Shown here: positions 46,899-55,388 of the stretch, one piece after another
How positions within the stretch are numbered: position 1 is the first letter of the stretch
Layout of the letters: the number at the start of each line of letters is the position of its first letter
DNA from: Patescibacteria group bacterium
GTDB taxonomy: Bacteria; Patescibacteriota; Minisyncoccia; Moranbacterales; UBA2206
Reading direction: 5' to 3'
Length of the DNA: 64,000 nt
Assembly: GCA_022711335.1 (NCBI GenBank)
Contig: JAKLFF010000001.1
Coordinates: 131,016 to 195,015 of the forward strand
Notes under the pieces: generated by a model
What the model saw: only the letters and a program-made list of their open reading frames with translations
What the model was told of the DNA's origin: nothing
The model's database searches: none
Program-made: the position numbers and the translations under genes

Positions 46899-46927
46899 TT
46901 TGACATATTTTTGCCATTGTGGCAGTA
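46899..46927 (+). promoter_or_regulatory. Putative hicBA promoter (TTGACA-17-CAGTAT) overlapped by palindrome TGCCATTGTGGCA (possible antitoxin operator)
   Basis: -35 consensus hexamer, weak -10. The inverted repeat TGCCA-TTG-TGGCA overlaps the -10 region, as is common for TA autoregulation. Confidence 0.3.
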
Positions 46928-46951
46928 TTACAGCATAGAAGCAATAAATTT

Positions 46952-47170
46952 ATGCGTAAAATTGACTTAAAAAACGTGGTTTGGAAAGAAGGGAAATATT
47001 ATGTTGCCCAGTGTTTGAACGTGGATGTTTCTAGTTTTGGCAAAACTAAAAAGGAAGCCTTGGTGGCGTTAGATGAAGCTTTAGAATTGTATTTTGAAGA
47101 TATTAAGGTTCCGAAAGTGACAAAAATTGAGGAACCGGAACTCATTAAAATGTCCGTTTGCCATGCCTAA
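46952..47170 (+). CDS. hicB: HicB-family antitoxin (start at internal Met, MRKIDLK...)
   Basis: About 72 aa. GKYYVAQCLNVDVSSFGKTKKEALVALDEALELYFE fits the HicB N-domain pattern (YVA.C..L.....G.T.EEA...L.EA.ELY.E). Its stop overlaps the hicA start (ATGCCTAA). Confidence 0.6.
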   Translation: MRKIDLKNVVWKEGKYYVAQCLNVDVSSFGKTKKEALVALDEALELYFEDIKVPKVTKIEEPELIKMSVCHA

Positions 47171-47381
47171 GTTGTATTCATCTTTAGAAATCATCAAAGT
47201 CCTTCAGAAAAAGGGCTTTATTTATATTTCGCAAAAAGGCAGTCATGCTAAATTCAGGAAAATCGGCAGTCCAACTTTGACCGTCATTGTTCCGGCTGGC
47301 AAAAGAGAAATCCCTTTCGGAACTTTTAGATCAATTTTGCGCCAAGCCAATTTAACCGAAGATGATTTTAGGAAAAAATAA
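47163..47381 (+). CDS. hicA: HicA-family mRNA interferase toxin (start at MPKLYSS)
   Basis: MPKLYSSLEIIKVLQKKGFIYISQKGSHAKFRK...LTVIVPAGKREIPFGTFRSILRQANL matches the HicA/YcfA-like consensus, including the GSH catalytic His. Confidence 0.7.
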   Translation: MPKLYSSLEIIKVLQKKGFIYISQKGSHAKFRKIGSPTLTVIVPAGKREIPFGTFRSILRQANLTEDDFRKK

Positions 47382-47503
47382 GTCAAACTTCGTACATTCT
47401 TAAATGTTATGCGAAAATAAATTTTTTATCTTGGCAATAATTTAGGTTTTGCGCATTGAATTACAGTAAAAATTAAATAAATTACCCTATAATAACTAAT
47501 ATT

Positions 47504-47932
47504 ATGAATGACAAAAAGAAAGAAATTCTCAAAAAGCTGAAAAATACCTATTGCCGGCTGCAGCCGTCTGGCATTGAAGGCGTGGGCGTTTTTGCAATAA
47601 GAAATATTCCGAAAGGAATAAACCCGATGATTCCACCAAAAGAAGCGCTGGATGCGCACTGGTATGAATTCAAAACTTCCGAACTTAAGGGTTTGGATAA
47701 GGGAGTAGCAAGAATGATAGATGATTTTCTGGTTATTGAAGAAGATAAAACTGTTATGGTTCCCGAACATGCCTTCAATGGAATGGATATTTCTTTTTTT
47801 GTCAATAATTCCAAGACTCCCAATATGAAAACTACCGATGATGGCTTTACTTTCGTTACACTCCGAAAAATAAAAAAAGGAGAAGAGCTGACTGTCGCAT
47901 ATGAAACGTATGACTATAAATACAAAAAATAG
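47504..47932 (+). CDS. Small bacterial SET-domain protein (putative protein-lysine methyltransferase)
   Basis: GIEGVGVFAIRNIPKG (SET N-region GxG motif), FVNNSKTPNM (degenerate NHSxxPN) and GEELTVAYETYDY (ELxxDY post-SET-like). 142 aa. The antisense 201-aa ORF in the track is rejected. Confidence 0.65.
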   Translation: MNDKKKEILKKLKNTYCRLQPSGIEGVGVFAIRNIPKGINPMIPPKEALDAHWYEFKTSELKGLDKGVARMIDDFLVIEEDKTVMVPEHAFNGMDISFFVNNSKTPNMKTTDDGFTFVTLRKIKKGEELTVAYETYDYKYKK

Positions 47933-47949
47933 CCCCTCCGTATAAAACA

Positions 47950-47975
47950 AGGCCCTGATAAAACTCCCCGCGAAG
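47950..47975. terminator. Bidirectional rho-independent terminator between the SET gene (+) and murJ (-)
   Basis: AAAACTCCC-CGCGAA-GGGAGTTTT flanked by A/T runs. The hairpin shares the CTCCC...GGGAG theme of the dispersed palindromic elements. Confidence 0.55.
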
Positions 47976-47996
47976 GGAGTTTTTATCTTCTTCGCA

Positions 47997-49643
47997 TTAT
48001 AATCCGCTGACTTCCCCAGTATCTTCAACAATATCCTTTCTTTCCCTAAATAATCTTTTTGAAAGAGATTTTTTGAAGTTCATAAATTCTTCAAGCTTGA
48101 TCGCGTGGCACACGGCGGCAAAAATCAGTACGCCGGCGGATGCCGAGACGGAAAATTGCACAAAAACGCCGATAAATGTGTCCATATCAACGGATCTTCC
48201 GACGATATATTTGAGCAGCTGGATTCCAATTCCTGCTGCAAAAGTTGCTAGAACAATTTTTAAGATGGCGCGGATTATTTTTTTGTCATCCAGATTGTCA
48301 TATCGGGTTCTGAGCCAAAACAAAAGCAGCATCATCTGGGCTATGCTAGAAAGGGAAAATGCAATCGCCAGGCTTAAAATTTGATATTTGCCAATGAGAA
48401 GCAGAACGGTTCCGATATTAACAACTTCTGAAACAATTGCGATATAAAAAGGGGTTTTTGTGTCATGCATGGCATAAAACGAACGAGCCAGAAGCGGAAT
48501 AACGCTTTGGGCAAAAAGGCTGGCAGCCAAAATCCCGAGGCACGAAAACGTAAGCTCTGTATCTTCCCAATCGAATTTTCCGGATCCCAAAATAATACGA
48601 ACCAGCTGGGCTCGGAGAAGTAGGATAAAAACGCTGGCTGGAATGACAAAAAACAAAATTTGGCGGAACGTCTGTGAAAATGAAATTATGAAATTTTGGT
48701 CATCTTTTTTGGCCGCAAAATGAGAGAGGGTCGGAAAAACAGCAATAGAAAAAGAAATGCCAAAAATTCCCAGCGGCACGCTTTCAAGGTTTTGGGCAAA
48801 ATTAAAAATTGCCAGGCTTCCCGCAGCCATGGTTGAAGCAAAAATTGTTATCACCAGAAGATTTATTTGTCCGATAGCTATTCCCAAAGTCCTTGGAATC
48901 ATTAGGCGAAAAATTTTCCTTATTTCCTTATTGGAAAAATGGCCGATAAACGACCAGGAGTGGCGATAGCCAAGATTTCTGGCAGCCGGATATTGGACTA
49001 TCACATGCAAAAACGCCCCAAAAACCACCCCCCAAGCCAATCCTATCGGACCCATAAACCTGACAAAAACCAAAACACCGACAATAATGCCAAAATTATA
49101 AAATATGGGTGCCAAAGAATATATCAGAAATCTTTTAAACGAGGTTAAAATTCCCCCGAAAATTCCGGAAATTCCCAAAAACAGCGGACTTAAAAACATT
49201 ATTCTCGTAAAAATAACGACTTGAGAAATTTTTTCGGGCGAGAAGCCGGGAGTAATCATTTTCATAATCCACGGCGCAAACAGCGCGAATATTAACGACA
49301 AAACAGATATAAAAACAATTGCCAGATTCATTATTCCCCCAGCCAATTCCCAAGCCTCGCCTTCTTTTTCATGGCTGATAAGCGACGTAAAAACCGGAAT
49401 GAAAGCGGCGCTAAGCGCTCCGAGAATGAGAAGATTGTAAATCAGATCCGGAACTCGAAAAGCCGCGTAATAAACATCCAAAACATCTCCGGCACCGAAA
49501 GTTGAAGCTAAAAAACGATCTCGAAAAAGCCCAAGCAGACGACTGGCTAGCCCTGACAAAGTTATAACAAATGCCGCTGAAACAACCGATCGGGAGGGCG
49601 AGGAATTCAGGATTATTTTATTGTTTAGAAATTTTTTTATCAT
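47997..49643 (-). CDS. murJ: Lipid II flippase MurJ (MviN)
   Basis: 14-TM MOP-superfamily protein. N-terminal RLLGLFRDRFLASTFGAGDVLDVYYAAFRVPDLIYNLLILGALSAAFIPVF is the MurJ signature region. Confidence 0.9.
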   Translation of the reverse strand: MIKKFLNNKIILNSSPSRSVVSAAFVITLSGLASRLLGLFRDRFLASTFGAGDVLDVYYAAFRVPDLIYNLLILGALSAAFIPVFTSLISHEKEGEAWELAGGIMNLAIVFISVLSLIFALFAPWIMKMITPGFSPEKISQVVIFTRIMFLSPLFLGISGIFGGILTSFKRFLIYSLAPIFYNFGIIVGVLVFVRFMGPIGLAWGVVFGAFLHVIVQYPAARNLGYRHSWSFIGHFSNKEIRKIFRLMIPRTLGIAIGQINLLVITIFASTMAAGSLAIFNFAQNLESVPLGIFGISFSIAVFPTLSHFAAKKDDQNFIISFSQTFRQILFFVIPASVFILLLRAQLVRIILGSGKFDWEDTELTFSCLGILAASLFAQSVIPLLARSFYAMHDTKTPFYIAIVSEVVNIGTVLLLIGKYQILSLAIAFSLSSIAQMMLLLFWLRTRYDNLDDKKIIRAILKIVLATFAAGIGIQLLKYIVGRSVDMDTFIGVFVQFSVSASAGVLIFAAVCHAIKLEEFMNFKKSLSKRLFRERKDIVEDTGEVSGL

Positions 49644-49644
49644 T

Positions 49645-52251
49645 TTATTTGCGAGACAGCGCTACTCCAAAAAATTTATCCATTTTCAGATTGCTGCTGA
49701 TATTGAACGACTTATTTTTCTGGCTTAATCCATCTGGATATTTCCATAGCATTTTATAAAAATCCGGGTAATCAATTTGTAAGTCAAACTCACTTTCGAT
49801 GCTTCCTGACTGCTTTTGAACCAGAAGGGAATAGGTGTCTGCCGGCTTGGATGTGAAATTAGTTTCGAGCTTAAATGGCAGAAGATATGTATATTTGATT
49901 TCAACAGTTTCTTTGGGGCTGACATAAACCCAGTTTGCAAAAACTGTTTTTCCGGCATCTTGATAAATGCGAGTTCCAGATTCTTCATCAACAATTATAG
50001 ATTCCTCTTCGGTCTCCACTTGCGGATCCCTCTTATATCCCAGCGCATCATAATCCAGCGGAGGCGAATTGAATTCCCTGGTTTGTCCGGATGCGGAGAT
50101 AAGCTTAGAACCTTTTGGAACATAAACCCGCATGTAATCAGCATTGACTTTATTCCAAAAATCATAATCTGTGTCTCCCCCATTATGCCGCCTGGATATC
50201 GCTACGGTATCAATAATTGAGCCATCTGCTTCAATTTTCGCCTCATGGCTTATTTTTTCCGAAATAACCCCATCAGTTTTATATCCGTTTATGTTGGTAT
50301 TTATGACGCTAAGATAATCTTTTGACGCGTCGAGAACTTCTCCTGACCAGCCTTTTTGGGATAATATTTTTTCAATCTCCCAATTTTTGGAATAAATCAA
50401 TACATGTTTTTCATCCAGACTTTCGGCAAAAATCTGCATAGTTTCGGCTATATCGGAAAAATTATCGGCATTGAAAATCTTATCAAGAATGACGGGCGCC
50501 AGATCGGAAATTATTTTTTTGGGCTCATTTTTTTCCTTATCATAATTATATTCAACTTCATTTTGAATGGCTTCCATAAAATTATTTTCATCAATAGTCA
50601 CGCCGTAGTCCGGCATTTCAATCGGACCGGTTATTTTAAGAAGTTTTTCTAAAACAGTTGGGGTTATGGCAATAACTCCGTCAACCGTCGGCCCGCCCGT
50701 CTTTTCATAAAACAAAGTGGCTTTTTCAGCTGACACGGGAAAATCAGGAAACCAGTTGCTGTCGTGCATGCTCCAGTTGGCGCTGATTTTTTGAATTGGA
50801 ACGGGAGGAACGATCCTGTCTTCAAGCTGTCCGTCGGGATTAAAAATTCCATCAACAAAAAAATTTCTGACACGCCCGTTAAAAATATCCAAAACCGCGT
50901 AGGTCCCGATAAATCCTCCCGTAGCGCGCATTTCCTGATTGTTTTGAAAAAGAAAAAGGTATTTTCTCGGCCCATTTCCGCCCAAAATATCAGTAAATAT
51001 TTTTTCATTGGCCACAAATTCATCCAAAAATTTTCCGGCTTCCGGAAGGCCTTTCTTGAGTTCTATAAATTGATTTCTCTTGTCTTCTGGAATATCGGAA
51101 ACATCAACCAACTCAAGATTTTCCTGGACATTTTCTAGAAGGAAAGCGATTTCATCAATGCTGGATTTGGTATCGTTAAAAATTTTGAGATAGGAGATGT
51201 CTTTCTCTTCAATTTTGCCAGGATTTTTTATTTTTTCCAAAATTGCCATGTTTTCCGAAGCCAGCGATCCAATTCGAGAAAGATCTTTAGCCGCCTTTAC
51301 GAGATGCGAACCGGAAGAAAGCTTGGAAAAATAAGGAATATATCTTGAAGACTCTACGGCTATTTTCCCCAGACCATCGATATCTTTGGAAATTTTTTCC
51401 AGTTCATAGCAAGCCTCGTTAAAATCCAGCGCAGCTGATTGAAAATTGCTTCTCTCAAGCCCACTTTTGGCTGATACCAGGCTAGCAAAAACCTTGCCGC
51501 TGTTTTCCATAGCCGCTTTTTCGACCCGAAGACCTTTGTTTATAAAATTAAAACCGAAAATAACCAGAAAAACTGCTGCTGCTGTTCCAGCAAAAGAAAA
51601 AAATGTTTTTTTGGATGAAAATGGCTTAAAATATTTTTCGTAAAAAAATATATCCTTAAAAGAAAAATTTTCTTGTCCGTTGTCTCTGCTTTTTCTTTTA
51701 TCCCTCTTTTTCTTTTTTTGGGGATTTTTGAATTTTTCAAAATAGTCCGTCTTTTCCAAATCATAGTCGCTGATATAGTTCGGCTCTCCCAAATAGCTGT
51801 TCTCCTTTTTCTCCAAAAATTCAACGGTAACTTTTTCCACGTTGCCGACATCATCAGAAACAATAGGAACTGCGTGTTTTTTGTAAACTTCTTTTCCTTT
51901 ACCGTGAAATTCTTTTAATTTTTTTTCTTCGCGAAAAATTTCGGAAAATCGCTGCATTCCCGAGGTATATGCGTCATTTTCCTTTATATCGGCGGCGAAT
52001 CTTTGATCTTTTGCAGCAGTCCCTTGAAGAGAAGAGCTTCTTTCCAAATTCAATTTGTCGAATCTTCCCGACCGTATCACGTCGGAAGTAACGGGAAATA
52101 TGTTTTTGATCGGGCTATTTTTCTTTTTTATTCCGCTTTCCCGGATATGCCTCTCTACTGAATTAATTTTTTCCACATCCAAAATTCCGCTTGCATCTGC
52201 GGGCCTGACATCAAACATTTGAGGAATGATGTTTTTCTTTTTTTCTTTCAT
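49645..52251 (-). CDS. Large membrane-anchored protein with extracytoplasmic domain, DUF4012-like (PRKYLFLFQNNQEMRATGGFIGTY)
   Basis: About 200-aa charged cytoplasmic N-terminus, single TM (TFFSFAGTAAAVFLVIFGF), about 640-aa outside domain. The (L)LFQNN(A/Q)E.R.TGG motif is recalled from DUF4012. Start abuts the murJ stop (translational coupling). Confidence 0.45.
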   Translation of the reverse strand: MKEKKKNIIPQMFDVRPADASGILDVEKINSVERHIRESGIKKKNSPIKNIFPVTSDVIRSGRFDKLNLERSSSLQGTAAKDQRFAADIKENDAYTSGMQRFSEIFREEKKLKEFHGKGKEVYKKHAVPIVSDDVGNVEKVTVEFLEKKENSYLGEPNYISDYDLEKTDYFEKFKNPQKKKKRDKRKSRDNGQENFSFKDIFFYEKYFKPFSSKKTFFSFAGTAAAVFLVIFGFNFINKGLRVEKAAMENSGKVFASLVSAKSGLERSNFQSAALDFNEACYELEKISKDIDGLGKIAVESSRYIPYFSKLSSGSHLVKAAKDLSRIGSLASENMAILEKIKNPGKIEEKDISYLKIFNDTKSSIDEIAFLLENVQENLELVDVSDIPEDKRNQFIELKKGLPEAGKFLDEFVANEKIFTDILGGNGPRKYLFLFQNNQEMRATGGFIGTYAVLDIFNGRVRNFFVDGIFNPDGQLEDRIVPPVPIQKISANWSMHDSNWFPDFPVSAEKATLFYEKTGGPTVDGVIAITPTVLEKLLKITGPIEMPDYGVTIDENNFMEAIQNEVEYNYDKEKNEPKKIISDLAPVILDKIFNADNFSDIAETMQIFAESLDEKHVLIYSKNWEIEKILSQKGWSGEVLDASKDYLSVINTNINGYKTDGVISEKISHEAKIEADGSIIDTVAISRRHNGGDTDYDFWNKVNADYMRVYVPKGSKLISASGQTREFNSPPLDYDALGYKRDPQVETEEESIIVDEESGTRIYQDAGKTVFANWVYVSPKETVEIKYTYLLPFKLETNFTSKPADTYSLLVQKQSGSIESEFDLQIDYPDFYKMLWKYPDGLSQKNKSFNISSNLKMDKFFGVALSRK

Positions 52252-53387
52252 CTTCTGGCTTTATTATATACCTCCAAAGTTATTTTTGCCATTTTCTTCC
52301 ATGAATATTTTTTAATTCTTTCATAGCCGCGCCTTATCAGATCTTTTCGCAAATTATCATCCGAGAGGATATTATTTACGGCCTCCGAAATGCTATTCGT
52401 ATTTTTCCCGTCAAAATAATATGCGCTTTCGCCCAAAACTTCTTTCATGCAAAGATGGTCGGAAGAAGCCACTGGAGCGCCTTTGGCCATAGCTTCAAGA
52501 GGCGGCAATCCGAAACCCTCATAAAGCGACGGGAAAACATAGACAGATGTATTGTGAAAAAGAGTGTCCAATTCATAATCCGGAATATATCCGACAAAAA
52601 TAATGTCTTTAATTTTTTCTTTTTCTGAAAAATTTTTGAGCCGCGAATAAAAATAATCAATCTTTCCCACAAGGACCAGACTGAGATCTTCCCTGCTCTT
52701 TTTTATCTGTCCAAAGGCCAAGATTAAACGCTCCAGATTTTTATGCGGATAAGCATTTCCGACATACATAATATATGGTTTTTTTATTCCATAGCGAGCC
52801 AGAATTTCATCATCTTTATTGGGGCTAAGCATACAAAAATCTTCACAGGCTTCATAGGTAACAACAATTTTTTTTTCAGGAATTGATTTATAATTTTTCA
52901 GGATGTCTTTTTTGGTGAAATTGGAAACAGCAATTATTTTTTCAGATCTTGCTATGGCCGATTTGATGACAATTTTATAAACCAAAAATTTTATCCAATA
53001 CAAAAGCGGACTTAGCGTAGAGCTTTTGACGGTAGGAAAATTAATCAGGATCAAATCGTGGATTGTCACTATGAATTTCCCTAGATAAAAAATAGGCACA
53101 TTGAAATGCGGAAAGTGGACAAGATCGAGGTTATATTTTTTAAGAAGCCTTGGAAACCTGATTTGTTCAGAAAATCCGTACCAACGGTAATCAGCCTTCA
53201 CTTTTTGAAAATTGGGATTTTTCGGCTTATATTCATCAAAATTTTCCGATTTTAGAAAAATAAAATACTGGTGGCTCTTGCCGCCTTTGGAAGAAACTTT
53301 TTCCAAATTCTCTATAAGTTTTTGCGTATATCTTCCCAGTCCTTTGCCAATCGGTCCGAAAAACCGGGCATCGATTCCAATCCTCAT
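52248..53387 (-). CDS. GT4-family glycosyltransferase
   Basis: MRIGIDARFFGPIGKGLGRYTQ N-terminus and EX7E region (PSLYEGFGLPPLEAMAKGAPV). Confidence 0.85.
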   Translation of the reverse strand: MRIGIDARFFGPIGKGLGRYTQKLIENLEKVSSKGGKSHQYFIFLKSENFDEYKPKNPNFQKVKADYRWYGFSEQIRFPRLLKKYNLDLVHFPHFNVPIFYLGKFIVTIHDLILINFPTVKSSTLSPLLYWIKFLVYKIVIKSAIARSEKIIAVSNFTKKDILKNYKSIPEKKIVVTYEACEDFCMLSPNKDDEILARYGIKKPYIMYVGNAYPHKNLERLILAFGQIKKSREDLSLVLVGKIDYFYSRLKNFSEKEKIKDIIFVGYIPDYELDTLFHNTSVYVFPSLYEGFGLPPLEAMAKGAPVASSDHLCMKEVLGESAYYFDGKNTNSISEAVNNILSDDNLRKDLIRRGYERIKKYSWKKMAKITLEVYNKARR

Positions 53388-53411
53388 AGCGTAATTATAT
53401 CATATTACGAT

Positions 53412-53444
53412 AAAAAAACGCGAAATTGACCAAGGCAATTTCGC
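53412..53444 (-). terminator. Rho-independent terminator (minus strand)
   Basis: On the minus strand: GCGAAATTG-N7-CAATTTCGC followed by a T-run. Confidence 0.55.
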
Positions 53445-53473
53445 AACATTGAGATAATCGGCTGGCTATCCAT

Positions 53474-54631
53474 CTAAACGAAGAGTTCCCGAGTTAATTT
53501 GGCGGTTTTTTTCCAGTCAAACTCCTTTGCTTTTTCCAGTCCATTTCTGATTAAAGTTTCTCTTAATTCCTTTTTAGTCAATATTTCTTTCATCGCCCAA
53601 TAAATCTCGCTTGGCCTATCGGAATCGATAAGGATTCCGCCTTTTCCGACAATTTCCGGAAGCGAAGAATTATTCGAGGCGATTACCGGCACGCCGCATT
53701 TTATGGCTTCAAGCGGAGGAAAGCCGAAGCCTTCAAAAAAAGAAGGATAGATAAAAAGTGAAGCAAGATTATAAATATACTTTTTGTCCTCATGCGGAAT
53801 TTTTCCCGCAAAAAATATGCTTTTTGATCCCCGCGTCAGTTTTATTTCTTCGAATATTTCCTGGCTAAGCCAGCCTCTTTCTCCTGCAATGACCAGTTTA
53901 TATTTTAGAAGCCCGTCGTTTTTCGACTCGTATGAAAATTTATGGAACTGGTCAAAAGCCCTGATAACAGCGCGAATATTTTTTCTCGGTTCAATCGTTC
54001 CCAGATAAAGCACAAACTTATATGGAAGTTTGTATTTTTCCTTTATTTTCACAAGCTTCTCGTCATTTCTATCGATAATTTGGAACTCATCAGAAACCGC
54101 GCTATGGATCATTTCTATTTTTTTAGAATTGATTTTATAAAGGGAAACCAAATCATTTTTAGTCGAATCAGAAACAGCAATTATTTTGTCGGCGCGGCGG
54201 CAAATTTTTTTCGGATTTATAAAAATGTGCCAGAATCTCCGCTTCCAGGAAAAATATTGCGGATATCTTTCAAAAGAAAGATCATGCATAGTCAAAATCA
54301 GCCTGGATTTTTTGCTGACAGATCCAAAAATTATGTTTGGCATAAAAACAACATCTGCTCCGCCTGCCAGCTGATCGATTTTCGGCCAATTAAAATACCA
54401 AAATGAAAAATTCAAGAACTTATTGGGAATTCTAAGCCTTTTTATCTTCACGTTTTTATATTTCTTAAAAACGCCGAAGTCAAAAGCAGGTTTTTTCCAG
54501 GAATTAAAAAAAAGAACATAGCGATTCTTTTGGTCAATTTCAAACAGATTTAAAAGCAAGTTCAAAGTATATTCTTCAACTCCAGTCCTCCTTCCATCCA
54601 TAAGACAGCGGATATCAACGCAGACTTTCAT
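53474..54631 (-). CDS. GT4-family glycosyltransferase
   Basis: [23 protein letters not shown]-terminus and EX7E region ([21 protein letters not shown]). Confidence 0.85.
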   Translation of the reverse strand: MKVCVDIRCLMDGRRTGVEEYTLNLLLNLFEIDQKNRYVLFFNSWKKPAFDFGVFKKYKNVKIKRLRIPNKFLNFSFWYFNWPKIDQLAGGADVVFMPNIIFGSVSKKSRLILTMHDLSFERYPQYFSWKRRFWHIFINPKKICRRADKIIAVSDSTKNDLVSLYKINSKKIEMIHSAVSDEFQIIDRNDEKLVKIKEKYKLPYKFVLYLGTIEPRKNIRAVIRAFDQFHKFSYESKNDGLLKYKLVIAGERGWLSQEIFEEIKLTRGSKSIFFAGKIPHEDKKYIYNLASLFIYPSFFEGFGFPPLEAIKCGVPVIASNNSSLPEIVGKGGILIDSDRPSEIYWAMKEILTKKELRETLIRNGLEKAKEFDWKKTAKLTRELFV

Positions 54632-54634
54632 AAA

Positions 54635-55246
54635 TTATTCGAGATAGTGCTTTATCATTACAATCCAAAAAGCGGTAAAAACAGCTCCAAAAAAAACAAG
54701 AACGGAAGTCAAAAAGCTGACTTCATCAATTCTTATAACCGGATTTTCAAAAATTACATGGAACCAAGCGCTGTCTTTCTGGTCTTTGTTGAGATTCTCA
54801 GTTTTTTGGGAGATTATTTTTGAAACGGCCTGAGCCATGTTTTCGGAATTTTTTTTGTTTTGCGCAGAAAAGCTTGCCGCCACAACTTGAGAAGATTTCT
54901 TTTCCGCTTTTATGTTTTTCGCAAGTTTTTTCAAGCTGTAGCTTGAAGCATCTATGCCTGCTTCTTTTAATATTTCTTCCTCAATTCGCGGACTTTTCAG
55001 CCATTCAACCAAAGTTTCTGCGAATTTTTCATCTGCCTGAAGGCGGTAGAAATCGTCATATTTGTAATTATCGGTATTTTGCGCTCCGCTTCGAGTGATG
55101 TTCATGACAAGCGAAGTTGTGTAGGAAACAGGACGGAAAGAAAAATACGCAAAAGCGGACAGGATAATAATGACTGCTGTACATATAAACAGCTTTAAAT
55201 GTTTTTTTATGATTTGAATATACTCTTTAAGTTCCATAATTATCAA
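54635..55246 (-). CDS. Small Wzz/PCP-like bitopic membrane protein
   Basis: TM near the N-terminus (LFICTAVIIILSAFAYF), soluble middle, C-terminal TM (FLTSVLVFFGAVFTAFWIV). Sits between GT4 genes. Confidence 0.4.
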   Translation of the reverse strand: MIIMELKEYIQIIKKHLKLFICTAVIIILSAFAYFSFRPVSYTTSLVMNITRSGAQNTDNYKYDDFYRLQADEKFAETLVEWLKSPRIEEEILKEAGIDASSYSLKKLAKNIKAEKKSSQVVAASFSAQNKKNSENMAQAVSKIISQKTENLNKDQKDSAWFHVIFENPVIRIDEVSFLTSVLVFFGAVFTAFWIVMIKHYLE

Positions 55247-55249
55247 TTT

Positions 55250-55380
55250 ACAATTATCAATTTTAAATCAATTCACAATTTATCAATTTACAATTTTCAA
55301 ACCTGATATTTATTGAAAATTGAATTATTGAAAATTTATTGTAAATTGTAAATTGATCATTGAAAATTGTTCTTGCCAAA
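55250..55380. repeat. AT-rich extended imperfect palindrome built from CAATTTACAATT / AATTGTAAATTG units
   Basis: Arms centred near 55315 were read directly. The region is intergenic within a minus-strand operon, so it is probably a promoter/operator or terminator region. Confidence 0.4.
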
Positions 55381-55388
55381 AGTTTATG

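Noticed and set aside
47426-48031. 201-aa minus-strand ORF covering the SET-domain region
   Set aside because: It has no recognisable motifs and an odd composition. The plus-strand 142-aa ORF in the same interval has clear SET-domain motifs and is co-oriented with hicBA, so the antisense ORF is treated as spurious.
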